Position numbers and translations under genes: made by a program. From the NCBI GenBank assembly GCA_965207075.1, contig CBDBLO010000002.1, forward strand, positions 320,001-384,000: a stretch of 64,000 nt of DNA, written 5' to 3'. Positions within the stretch are counted from its first letter, which is position 1. Each line of letters opens with the position of its first letter. Shown here piece after piece: positions 49,086-58,283 of the stretch. Under the pieces are notes generated by a model that saw only the letters and a program-made list of their open reading frames with translations, searched no databases and was not told the DNA's origin. This stretch comes from Nitrosopumilus sp. (GTDB lineage: Archaea > Thermoproteota > Nitrososphaeria > Nitrososphaerales > Nitrosopumilaceae).

Positions 49086-50210
49086 TTATCTGTTTTGGGG
49101 ATTTTCCGTGTGAAGTCTTGCCCGTACCAGTTTGGTGCATTTCAGGATTGCAAATGCTGGAATTCCAACATACATTCCCAGGTTCAGCAGGACAACGGAT
49201 ATGCCGTATCCGAGCATCTCCGTCTCAGTGTCGATGTCTGCATGGTTTAGCAGCGAGAGTGTGGAGAGCATTGGGGTCAGTGCCACCTTGACTGCCTCCC
49301 TGAACGCCGGGTTCTCTCTTTCGAGATCTGCCACCGCCGGGGAGAACGTGTAGTATATGCTGTTGAATCCGGACATAAATGCCGTGCCGGACTCTGTGGC
49401 AAGTACCGTGTTGTCTCTCAGTTCTCTAAGTTGCTGAACTTGTGGCGCAAGCTCGGAGCCAAATGCCGCAGTTGCAATAAGGCAACCACCAGTCTCCTCG
49501 TCTGCCTCTGTCGTCTCGTCCATCATGGCCTCGTCGTCCATCATGGCCTCGTCGTCCATCATGGCCTCGTCGTCCATCATGGCCTCGTCGTCCATCATGG
49601 CCTCGTCGTCCATCATGGCCTCGTCGTCCATCATGGCCTCGTCGTCCATCATGGCCTCGTCGTCCATCATGGCCTCGTCGTCCATCATGGCCTCGTCGTC
49701 CATCATGGCCTCGTCGTCCATCATGGCCTCGTCGTCCATCATGGCCTCGTCGTCCATCATGGCCTCGTCGTCCATCATAGCCTCGTCGTCCATCATAGCT
49801 GCTTCCTCACCGTGTGCTGCATCAACTATGATCTGGCCGATCATCCATGGGTGAACAAGGCAGTAGTGGTTGTATTCTCCTTCTTCATCTATCGTGAACT
49901 CGTACGTGGCCCCGACCATTACCAAACCGCTGTCAAACACGCCGGTCGGTCCGTCTGCTGGAGAGCCGGATGTCAGCGTGTGCGCTGCATTGTCTGTGTT
50001 TGAGAACGTTATGGTAGTTCCCGGAGCTACTGTCAGTATGGGTATGTTGTAACAGCCCTCGTCGGTATCCTGACATCCTGCAGTGGCCGACCCCGGAAGG
50101 GGCTCAAGCACTACATTCGGATGATCTGCAGATGCTGAGGGGGTAGTTGCAATCATTCCCGCTACGAGTACAGACAGTAAAAAGAATGAACTGACTGTTC
50201 TAGTCTTCAT
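49086..50210 (-). CDS. Plastocyanin/cupredoxin-domain surface protein with Met/Asp stalk and CFI-box-CTERM
   Basis: Type-1 Cu ligands AAHT...YCLVHPWM. C-terminal domain GGCLIATAAFGSE...LRELRD plus TM. Confidence 0.92.
   Translation of the reverse strand: MKTRTVSSFFLLSVLVAGMIATTPSASADHPNVVLEPLPGSATAGCQDTDEGCYNIPILTVAPGTTITFSNTDNAAHTLTSGSPADGPTGVFDSGLVMVGATYEFTIDEEGEYNHYCLVHPWMIGQIIVDAAHGEEAAMMDDEAMMDDEAMMDDEAMMDDEAMMDDEAMMDDEAMMDDEAMMDDEAMMDDEAMMDDEAMMDDEAMMDDEAMMDDEAMMDDEAMMDDEAMMDETTEADEETGGCLIATAAFGSELAPQVQQLRELRDNTVLATESGTAFMSGFNSIYYTFSPAVADLERENPAFREAVKVALTPMLSTLSLLNHADIDTETEMLGYGISVVLLNLGMYVGIPAFAILKCTKLVRARLHTENPQNR
49515..49796 (-). repeat. 18-bp coding tandem repeat, (MMDDEA)x15 + MMDE
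   Basis: GGCCTCGTCGTCCATCAT repeated on the + strand. 270 bp of full units plus one partial. Confidence 0.95.
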
Positions 50211-50275
50211 TGTATGATTTGACTCGCTGGGTTTTAAAAATTTTTATCTGATTGTTCACATATGTGGCCAGCTGC

Positions 50276-52270
50276 TCATGGTTCGTCACGCTGCCGTCTT
50301 TCTGCCGTGTATGTGCTCGCATATGGCAGTCTCCTGCCGCCTGTTCGCCTCTTTAGCCCCGCGTACGCCATGGCAACGGCTGCAGCGGGGCATGCCACGT
50401 AGATTGCCACGTTCAGCGCGATGATGAGGATGCCGTATGCCAGCATGTCGTGCTCAGTCCCTATGCTGACGCCGTCAAGCAGCGTGAGTGATGCCAGCAT
50501 GGGCGTCAGTGTGATCTTGGTTGCGTCGCGCAGCATTTGGTGCTCCCTCTGGAGGTCGGCCACTGTTGGGGAGAACGTGTAGTATATGGAGTTGAATCCT
50601 GACATGAATGCCGTGCCGTACGAGGTTCTCAGTATGGTATGATCCCTCAGCTCTCTGAGCTGCTGCACCTGTGGAGCAAGCTCAGAGCCGTATGCGGCGG
50701 TCGCAATGAGGCAGCCGCCGCCATTACCGCCACCACCACCACTATCGGCTGCCCCTCCCGCCCCGTTCGCACCTGCCGCTATGCCTATCGTGCCATCGTC
50801 TATGATGGCGCTGCCTGACACTCTGTCTATTACGATAGGCATGGATGTTCTGGCGCGCTCGTTGCCCTGCAGTCTCTCAAAGTTGAGGTATGCTATCCCA
50901 GAGACGTCCTGGGGTATCTCAAACTCGGCCACGTTTGTGGGGTCGTCCCTCGAGTCCGTGCTGACGCCTGACTGCTCAAAGATGGTACTGCCGTCATTCG
51001 TTGTCACAGAGAAATGGTACTCTGCTGCAATGGGCGCGCCCTTCAAAAAGACGTCTGTTACCTCGAAGATTATCCTGGCGTTCTGGCCGGATCTCAGATC
51101 CTCTGGTTCCCACGAGGCGAATATCCGGAACTGGCCGTTCTCCGTCACTGACGCTATGCGCGTATGGTCGGTGTCGGGCCTGATTACAAAGTTCATGATG
51201 CCGTCCTCCCGGCCGCCGCTGTCCCGTATGCTGTAGAGCTGCTCCTGAGGTACGATAAAGTGTACTATCCTCTCACCAGTGAAAAAGTCGTCAATCAGGA
51301 CCGTCTCCTCTGGCAGCCTTACGCCGTTTATGTAGAGCTCGAATCCCGACAGCAGGAGATCCCCGTACGTGTCCGGAATCGAGAGCTCCTCGTGCACCAC
51401 GTATGACTGGTCTATGTTGGAGTCGCTCCACTCAAACGGCATGGAGTACCTGATCTCCCTCGCCTCGGAGTCGTACTCAAAGTCGGTTATCTTGTCGTAG
51501 TATGTAATGGCCCTAATATACTGGTCCCCAAAGTTGGGATCCTTTACGCCGTACGTGGTTATCATCGGGATGGATATCCCAGAGTCGTACTCTATCGGTG
51601 TGTCCATGCGCTCTGAATAGTCGCCTGCCGTAGTTATGGCAATGCCAAATTTGTAGAGCCCGCCGTCTGCAAGGCTTGGCCCCGCCACGCGTATGCTCCT
51701 GCTCTCGACTCCGAGCAAGTACGAGACAATGTCATACTGATCGTCTCCCTCCCCCCCGTCGAGGACTGTTATCTCGTCGCCCGCGCTGTCGTCTGATGCA
51801 AAATTGAAGACGAGAAACCCGTTGTCGGCCCTGAATTCCTGCTCAAAGAGGAATTTGTCCCCAAGCTCGGCCCTGATGTGGAACGTCACGTCGCGGAGCG
51901 TGACTTTCGAGTCAAAGTCGACGAGGGCTATCCCTATCTGCAGGTCTTCGCCCGGCGCGATTCCGGCCGGCGGCCGCCCCGTCGTCTCCGGAGGCGGGGG
52001 GGCAGATGACGATATCTCTAGGGCAACCTGCTGCCCGTTCAATTCTACCGGGGGAAACGTCTCACTCGATGTGCCGTGGCCTGCGGCAGGCTGTACGCCG
52101 GCTGCGGCCATCGTCGCAGCGCATACTGCCATCAGGACAAGAACTGCGGCAAGGTATCCGCGTGACGGCTGTGGTTGTTGCTGTCGGGCCGGACGTCGCC
52201 ATCGTAACCATCCATTTGTCGCGGGCATCGATCCTACCGTTGTCGCAGTCATGGCCGTCATGCTTGCCAT
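50276..52270 (-). CDS. Secreted CFI-box-CTERM protein (N-terminal-His paralog 2)
   Basis: Leader ending AAG-HGTS, core similar to 38102 and 52533 proteins, GGGCLIATAAYGSE C-terminal domain plus TM. Confidence 0.85.
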   Translation of the reverse strand: MASMTAMTATTVGSMPATNGWLRWRRPARQQQPQPSRGYLAAVLVLMAVCAATMAAAGVQPAAGHGTSSETFPPVELNGQQVALEISSSAPPPPETTGRPPAGIAPGEDLQIGIALVDFDSKVTLRDVTFHIRAELGDKFLFEQEFRADNGFLVFNFASDDSAGDEITVLDGGEGDDQYDIVSYLLGVESRSIRVAGPSLADGGLYKFGIAITTAGDYSERMDTPIEYDSGISIPMITTYGVKDPNFGDQYIRAITYYDKITDFEYDSEAREIRYSMPFEWSDSNIDQSYVVHEELSIPDTYGDLLLSGFELYINGVRLPEETVLIDDFFTGERIVHFIVPQEQLYSIRDSGGREDGIMNFVIRPDTDHTRIASVTENGQFRIFASWEPEDLRSGQNARIIFEVTDVFLKGAPIAAEYHFSVTTNDGSTIFEQSGVSTDSRDDPTNVAEFEIPQDVSGIAYLNFERLQGNERARTSMPIVIDRVSGSAIIDDGTIGIAAGANGAGGAADSGGGGGNGGGCLIATAAYGSELAPQVQQLRELRDHTILRTSYGTAFMSGFNSIYYTFSPTVADLQREHQMLRDATKITLTPMLASLTLLDGVSIGTEHDMLAYGILIIALNVAIYVACPAAAVAMAYAGLKRRTGGRRLPYASTYTAERRQRDEP

Positions 52271-52273
52271 CAG

Positions 52274-52480
52274 TCATGTCCACTTGTCAGGACTCTTTCT
52301 TCTGATATGCTTTCCGTCAATCGATATGAGATCGTCGTGCTCAAAGACCGTGTGCCACTTGCCGTTGTCGGGGAATATCCTGTCCATCTCCCGTACCCTG
52401 TCCTTGGTCGGCGGCCTGTTTGTCAGGGCTCCCCACTTCATGTTGTCGATCTTTGGCATTATCTCGTTTATGTCCCTCAT
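52274..52480 (-). CDS. Small conserved hypothetical protein (68 aa)
   Basis: MRDINEIMPKIDNMKWGAL...FPDNGKWHTVFE. Host-like codons, abuts the downstream gene. Confidence 0.7.
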   Translation of the reverse strand: MRDINEIMPKIDNMKWGALTNRPPTKDRVREMDRIFPDNGKWHTVFEHDDLISIDGKHIRRKSPDKWT

Positions 52481-52532
52481 TGCCGTCACTCTCGTCTTCC
52501 GTGTTAAAGCTTATCGCATACAGCCACTGCCG

Positions 52533-54293
52533 TCAAGTCACGCGTATTATTCCTTCTTTTATCAGGTACTGCAGGCCCGACACAAAGGACCCGTCGTCTA
52601 TCGCGCCCTCGGCCCACCAGCCCGCGTTGGTCTTTATCCACGACGGTATCTCCGCCGCTGTCTCACCGTCCGCAGCGCCGTCCTGTCCCGGGTCGTTGCT
52701 GCCGGCTGCTGGCACCACGAGTATCCCGCTCTGTATCAGGTACTGTATACCGGTCACAAACGTGGCATCGTCTATCAGGCCCTCGGCCCACCAGCCCGCG
52801 TTGGTCTTTATCCACGACGGTATCTCCGCCGCCTCCGTGCTTGGCGCCGGCCCGTCCACGTCGCCGGGGGGATTGCCGCCCGCAGGCGCCCCGGGCCCGA
52901 TCTCTATGAGTCCTGACCCGATTCCAGAGTACGTGGGGTCGTAGTCAAGGCCGGTCCCGTATACTATCACGTCCACCCTGATCAGTCCCTCAGACGGTAT
53001 CCTGATGTCCTGCACGTCTATGCCCTCCGGCGAGGCTATGCCCGTATTGAGCGGGTCGCTTCCGGAGAACCTTGCTATCTCGTTGCCCGACTCGTCGCTC
53101 ACTATGTACCCGTACCAGACGTCCTTGATCAGCTTGTTGTCCCGGTCCAGAAACGTGAACTCGAACGGGATCTCGTCGCCCGCGCCGTACTGTCCTTCCC
53201 ACTCTATGGTTACGGTGGTAGGAGCCCTCTCCTGCATGGTCTCAAGGTCCACCAAATAGAACTCCACGGAGCTGACCTCCGCCTCCTCGACTGGAACGAG
53301 CTTCAGGTTCATGTTCTTGCTCTCGAACCTGTCGTCCTTCATATTCTCGCTGATCTTTTGCAGCTCGCTGTTGGTTATCAGAAAGTGTACCACGTTCGTG
53401 TCTTCGTACGAGTACGGATCATTTAGCAGGGCGCGCTGGTCCACCTCCACCCCGTTTACGTATCCCCTGAACTGCTTGCCTTCCGCATACGGCACAAAGT
53501 CCTTGGGGATCCTGACCTCCTCGTGCACCACCTCCACTAGGTCGACATAATCCGGCGTCCAGTCAAACGCCATGTCGAACGTGATGGAGTTGTCCGACGG
53601 TTCGAATGCAAAATTCTCCACCTCATCATAGTACGTCTTGATTATTACGGGAATCTCCTCGGCGTGGGCTGTCTGTATTGCAAAGTTCTGCTCTTGGGCC
53701 ACGCTGACAAACGTGTCATAGCTCAGCCTCTCTGCAAGCTGCACCCTGGGGCTGGTCGCGCCCTCGATGTCGACGCGTACGTGGTACAGTCCGCCCTTTT
53801 CGAATATGGGCCCTGTTATGGTGGGCCTTGCGCATATGTCGTAGTTGTCGTCGTTGCACGGCTCCCCGTACACGAACAGGGCGCCGGGCGAGCTTATGTC
53901 TTCCGATCCGCCGTATACGCTGCATCTCCACAGTTCCGCACTGTCGCAGTCCGCATTGGGGCGTATCTCCACGTCGAGTCTTCCGTCGGGATCGTAAAAC
54001 AGGTTTCTTGCCAGCAGCTCCCCACTGCGCCACATCTCTATCCTGTATGTGACCTTTTCAAGCGTGGTGTCCGTCAGCGTGTCAAAGAACCTAATCTTCA
54101 TGTTGACGTCGTCTATGTCCCCTATCGTGATGTCCGACGGCGTGAGGTCCGTGCGGACGGTCACTTCCATCCCCGAAAAGCTGATGGGCGGCGCTTGGTC
54201 GCCTCCGAGTCCGTGCCCCGAGACCGACTGGGCGGCAGCCGGGATTACGACAATGGCGGCCATGGCCGCTAGCAGTGCAAGCCTGTTATACAA
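52533..54293 (-). CDS. Secreted protein with two C-terminal '[12 protein letters not shown]' thaumarchaeal repeats (N-terminal-His paralog 3)
   Basis: Leader ending VSG-HGLG. TTG start 54293 lies about 25 nt from TTTAAATA. Duplicated Trp-rich C-terminal domain. Confidence 0.85.
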   Translation of the reverse strand: MYNRLALLAAMAAIVVIPAAAQSVSGHGLGGDQAPPISFSGMEVTVRTDLTPSDITIGDIDDVNMKIRFFDTLTDTTLEKVTYRIEMWRSGELLARNLFYDPDGRLDVEIRPNADCDSAELWRCSVYGGSEDISSPGALFVYGEPCNDDNYDICARPTITGPIFEKGGLYHVRVDIEGATSPRVQLAERLSYDTFVSVAQEQNFAIQTAHAEEIPVIIKTYYDEVENFAFEPSDNSITFDMAFDWTPDYVDLVEVVHEEVRIPKDFVPYAEGKQFRGYVNGVEVDQRALLNDPYSYEDTNVVHFLITNSELQKISENMKDDRFESKNMNLKLVPVEEAEVSSVEFYLVDLETMQERAPTTVTIEWEGQYGAGDEIPFEFTFLDRDNKLIKDVWYGYIVSDESGNEIARFSGSDPLNTGIASPEGIDVQDIRIPSEGLIRVDVIVYGTGLDYDPTYSGIGSGLIEIGPGAPAGGNPPGDVDGPAPSTEAAEIPSWIKTNAGWWAEGLIDDATFVTGIQYLIQSGILVVPAAGSNDPGQDGAADGETAAEIPSWIKTNAGWWAEGAIDDGSFVSGLQYLIKEGIIRVT

Positions 54294-54420
54294 TATTGTA
54301 AATAATTTCACACTATATTTAAAGATCAAAGAGACGCGTGCGTGTGTCCCTCGTTCATGCGCGGTTACGCCCGCCGTCGAGCCATGCGTTGGAACGTTTT
54401 TTATCTGTGTAACACGTATC

Positions 54421-55191
54421 ATGTCTATGAAGGCAGTCTTGGTTGCTCTGGTGCTTGTTGCCGCATGTGTGCTTGCCGCCGGGCACCAGGCGCATGCAGA
54501 GACCCAGACCGAGACCCAGACCCTGCCCACCGAGCAGGGAACCATAGACGTTCATCTCGAGTATGACGCCGTGATAATGCCGGGCGAGGAGACAAAGATC
54601 AAGGTGGACTTTCTGAATCCCGTAACCGGCCAGATTCAGGTGCACATAGACTATACGATTACGATCACCAGGGATGGGGAGCAGGTGTTCGGGCCCACCG
54701 ACCTCATACATACGTCTCCCGGCACCATAACGATCTCCCCCTTGCTCTTCAAGAGCGAGGGGATCCACACGATAAATTTTACGGTGGAGGGGATACTCTT
54801 CCAGCCTATTCCAGCCGAGGCCGTATCCTTTGAGATACCGGTGGGGGAGGATGCGTCGGCACCCCTAGAGCCAGACATGGCGGTGATCCCGCCGTGGGTC
54901 AAGAGCAACGCCGGGTGGTGGGCCGACGGCCTGATAGACGACGCCACGTTCGTATCCGGAATCGAGTACCTGATACAGAGCGGCATACTGGTCGTTCCCG
55001 CCGCCGACGCTGCCAGTGACCCGGGGAGTGATGCGGACGGCGTCGGAGGGGGAGGAGAGGACGCGCCGGGGCCGCAGATCCCGCCGTGGGTCAAGAGCAA
55101 CGCCGGGTGGTGGGCCGACGGCCTGATAGACGACGCCACGTTCGTGGGCGCCCTGCAGTTTCTGATTACGGCCGGAATCATACAGGTCTGA
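54421..55191 (+). CDS. Secreted Ig-like protein with two '[12 protein letters not shown]' repeats
   Basis: Signal peptide AHA-E, 'QVHIDY...IHTSPG' beta-rich domain, duplicated Trp-rich C-terminal domain. Confidence 0.85.
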   Translation: MSMKAVLVALVLVAACVLAAGHQAHAETQTETQTLPTEQGTIDVHLEYDAVIMPGEETKIKVDFLNPVTGQIQVHIDYTITITRDGEQVFGPTDLIHTSPGTITISPLLFKSEGIHTINFTVEGILFQPIPAEAVSFEIPVGEDASAPLEPDMAVIPPWVKSNAGWWADGLIDDATFVSGIEYLIQSGILVVPAADAASDPGSDADGVGGGGEDAPGPQIPPWVKSNAGWWADGLIDDATFVGALQFLITAGIIQV

Positions 55192-55322
55192 GTCTTACGG
55201 TACGGCGCGCCTTCCGTGCGGGCTCCTGGCTCCTACTTTTTGACGCGGCATCGCAGGCCGCTGCGCCTGCAGACTGGCGTTTGAACCACGCGTCTTAAAT
55301 TAGGACAAGGCCTACTCTGTAT

Positions 55323-55718
55323 ATGGTAGCATACGTCCAGTCGCTACGCTCCAGCTTGGCCAACCTGTTTCTGGTTGCGGTTCTGGGCATCGCGCTGACG
55401 TTCTTGGTTCCGATGGCGTTTCCGCACCTCATGCACGGATTCCACGCGGCCCACATACTGCTTCACACGGGCGGCATGATACTCGCGCTCTTCATCACGA
55501 CGCTGGCCGTCGTCTCGTACCGCACGCTGCGCTCAAGACGCCTGCTACTGACCACAATTGCATTTGCGAACTTTGTGTTTACAGAGGCCCTGCTGCTTGC
55601 CTACGTGCTGGATCTCTTGATTATCAACCTGGGGGACGTGCACATATACGAGGTGGGACATCTGCTGATGTTTGTCACGCTGGGACTGCTGGCTCTGGGG
55701 GCGCTGCGAAGTGACTGA
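55323..55718 (+). CDS. Small 4-TM His-rich membrane protein
   Basis: Four hydrophobic segments with HLMHGFHAAHILLH and HIYEVGH. Overlaps the downstream regulator. Confidence 0.75.
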   Translation: MVAYVQSLRSSLANLFLVAVLGIALTFLVPMAFPHLMHGFHAAHILLHTGGMILALFITTLAVVSYRTLRSRRLLLTTIAFANFVFTEALLLAYVLDLLIINLGDVHIYEVGHLLMFVTLGLLALGALRSD

Positions 55719-56235
55719 CAAGTCCGATGTAATACTAGGGGCCATAGAGTCAAACCCCGGCATACACTTTAGGGGAATCATGCGCAAGACCGGGCTCATG
55801 AACGGCGTGCTGTCGCACCATCTTGCCAAGCTGGAGCGCAACAACCTGATAATTGCAAGGCGCCGGCCGCGCACCGTCCGGTTCTATTCCGTGCGGATAC
55901 CAAAGTCGGATCATGCCATAATCAAGGCACTGCGCAGGCCCACCCCCCGCGCGCTGCTGATCACGCTTTTGCACGAGGAACCCGAAAACACGAACGGGCT
56001 CTCGTTTGCAGAGCTGGTGGAGAGGGTGAAAAAATCCCCCTCTACTGTGTCCCTGTATCTGTCGCAGCTGGTAAGGGAGAGCTTGGTGGACGTGCGTCTG
56101 GCCGAGATCAAAAAGCGCTATCGGCTCCGGGATCGGGAGCGCGTAGACCGCCTGCTTGAGGATCACGGTCCAAGCTTGGTTGGCATGTACGCCTCGAACT
56201 TTGAGGACATGATAAACCCACTGGGCTCCCCCTAG
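55711..56235 (+). CDS. Double winged-helix transcriptional regulator
   Basis: NPGIHFRGI...GVLSHHL.KLE and second HTH FAELV...KSPSTVSLYL. GTG start overlaps the upstream gene. Confidence 0.85.
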   Translation: MTDKSDVILGAIESNPGIHFRGIMRKTGLMNGVLSHHLAKLERNNLIIARRRPRTVRFYSVRIPKSDHAIIKALRRPTPRALLITLLHEEPENTNGLSFAELVERVKKSPSTVSLYLSQLVRESLVDVRLAEIKKRYRLRDRERVDRLLEDHGPSLVGMYASNFEDMINPLGSP

Positions 56236-56274
56236 CACGGTTGTGCGGGGCGTGGCGGGGGACGCAGCTCGGGG

Positions 56275-57240
56275 TCATGCGACAATCCTGTACCTTCCAT
56301 ATATGGTGTACATGGCCGACGCCAGTAGCGCGAGGGACGACGCGACAAACCAGTCACTGACGCTCTGGTATCCCACCTCCCTCCCAAGCGCGGCGCCTAT
56401 CTCGGCGAGCGTGCCCCCAAGCGCCTGCTCGTCAAGGGACTTTGAGAATCTGCCGCCCGTCGCGTTTGCAATGTATGCGAGCGTCTCCTCGTCAAGCTCT
56501 GCATACTGCGGCTGGCCGAACACGTCATTCTTGACAAAGGCCGGCTCCGCCGATCCTATTCCTACGGTGTGGACCTGCACGCCGGCCCTCTGCGCGTACT
56601 CGACGGCCTCCTGCGGGGTGATCTGCCCCGAGTTGTGCACGCCGTCGCTGAGCAGTATCACCACCCCCCGCCTGTCGGGTATGGAGATCGCCATGTCGAC
56701 TCCGAGCGCAAGCCCGTCCCCGATGGCCGTGGCCCCGCCGCTCTGGCCTATGGACATTACGGCCTCAGACGCCTTTTGCTTGTTGTCTGTCAGGTAGGAT
56801 GCCGTGGTGGCGCCCGTCTCAAAGAGTATCACGCCGACATAGTCCCGGGGATCCGACCCCTGAATCAGCCTTGTTATCGACTGTTTTGCCGCGTCCAGTC
56901 TGCTTGGCGCGTAGTCCGTGGCTGACATGCTCTCAGAGATGTCAAGAACTATGCTGATGCTCCTGCCGTTCCTCGTATCCGGTGACACGTCTGCTGCGAC
57001 GACTGGAACCTGCAGGTCGGCCATTGCGACCGCGGCCATTGCGACCGCGGCGGCCATCAGCGCGAACGGCAGGTGCCTGCGCCACGCGCCCTGCCTTCCT
57101 GCCACCGCCCTTGTAACCGTCTCGATGGAGCTGAACCTCAGGACGGACTCCTTTCTTCCCGCGTTATACCTCAAATACAGGATATACAGGCCCGGCAGTG
57201 CAAAAAGCAGCAACAGCATGTGTGCGTGTTCGAACTGCAC
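56275..57240 (-). CDS. BatA-type vWA domain membrane protein
   Basis: N-terminal MQFEH..L TM pair, MIDAS DISESM, TAIGDGL, LLSDG, C-terminal TM. Confidence 0.92.
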   Translation of the reverse strand: MQFEHAHMLLLLFALPGLYILYLRYNAGRKESVLRFSSIETVTRAVAGRQGAWRRHLPFALMAAAVAMAAVAMADLQVPVVAADVSPDTRNGRSISIVLDISESMSATDYAPSRLDAAKQSITRLIQGSDPRDYVGVILFETGATTASYLTDNKQKASEAVMSIGQSGGATAIGDGLALGVDMAISIPDRRGVVILLSDGVHNSGQITPQEAVEYAQRAGVQVHTVGIGSAEPAFVKNDVFGQPQYAELDEETLAYIANATGGRFSKSLDEQALGGTLAEIGAALGREVGYQSVSDWFVASSLALLASAMYTIYGRYRIVA

Positions 57241-57245
57241 GTCAG

Positions 57246-58253
57246 TTATCGCCTCCTCCTTCTTGCCGCACTTCTCGATGCGCCCGCCGTCATAGCCGTT
57301 GCCACCGCAACCGTCCCCGCGTACCTGTTGAACGCCGCGTCAAACGGTTCGCCTGTTGCAATGTCGATATATGCGGCGCCCGCCCTGAGCGCCTCCTCCC
57401 TTGCACGCTCGGCCACCCGCCGCGCCGCGCCGCGGTACGCGTCCCTGACCTCCGTGCTTGACGTGTTGACCAGAACCTGTCCGCCCGTCTCCATGTCCTC
57501 CAGATACGCGTATCCGATGTCCGGCAGCGTGCGCTCGTGCGGGTCGTGCACGCGGATCATTACGACCTCGTGCTTGGCGCATGCGCCCCGCAGTGCCTCG
57601 GCAAGGGGCTCGCCCGTCTCAAGGTCCGATATTACAAACATGACGCTCCTGCGCCCCGCCGCACGCGCAAGACGCGACATTGATCTTGCAATGCCGGTTT
57701 TGCCCTGCCGGTACGACTCGGAGAGCCCATCAAGTACCATCTTTCTTATCATTCCCATTGCGTGCCGCCTGCCCCTTCTTGCCCCTGTGAACGACTCTAA
57801 CGACTCTGCAAACAGCGCCATGCCGATCCTGCCGCCGTCCCTGCCGTTTAGCGCGGAGAGTATGACGGACGCTGCAATCTCGACCATGACGTCCCTCTTG
57901 CTTTTGGGGCCGCTTCCAAACGAGGTGCTGCCCGAATAGTCGACTGCCACGTATATGTCAAGGTCGCTCTCCTCGACAAACTCCTTTACGAACAGCCCGC
58001 CGTGCCTGGCAGAGACGTTCCAGTCTATGCGGCGCGGATCGTCGCCGGCCGCGTATTCTCGGACCTCTGAGAACTCTATCCCCCCGCCCGGCCGTCGCCG
58101 GCCGCGGTCCCCCGGCGTGTAGCTTGGCCGCGACCACGCGCCTATGTCTAGCTTTTTTGCGCCTGCAACCACGTCGCGAAACCTCTTCTCCGCCTCTTCC
58201 TCTCCTGTGGATGTCGCCGCCGCCTGATCTGTCCCCGACATCAGTTTTTCCAC
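57246..58253 (-). CDS. DUF58 family protein
   Basis: GIEFSEVREY..GDDPRRIDWNVSAR, VDYSGS, VISD. Confidence 0.93.
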   Translation of the reverse strand: MEKLMSGTDQAAATSTGEEEAEKRFRDVVAGAKKLDIGAWSRPSYTPGDRGRRRPGGGIEFSEVREYAAGDDPRRIDWNVSARHGGLFVKEFVEESDLDIYVAVDYSGSTSFGSGPKSKRDVMVEIAASVILSALNGRDGGRIGMALFAESLESFTGARRGRRHAMGMIRKMVLDGLSESYRQGKTGIARSMSRLARAAGRRSVMFVISDLETGEPLAEALRGACAKHEVVMIRVHDPHERTLPDIGYAYLEDMETGGQVLVNTSSTEVRDAYRGAARRVAERAREEALRAGAAYIDIATGEPFDAAFNRYAGTVAVATAMTAGASRSAARRRRR

Positions 58254-58283
58254 CCGCTATACCATCGACTGCAGCCTGCGGCG

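Noticed and set aside
52533-55191. Calling the Trp-repeat proteins peptidases
   Set aside because: No HExxH or other protease catalytic motif is visible. The repeat is better read as an envelope-association module.
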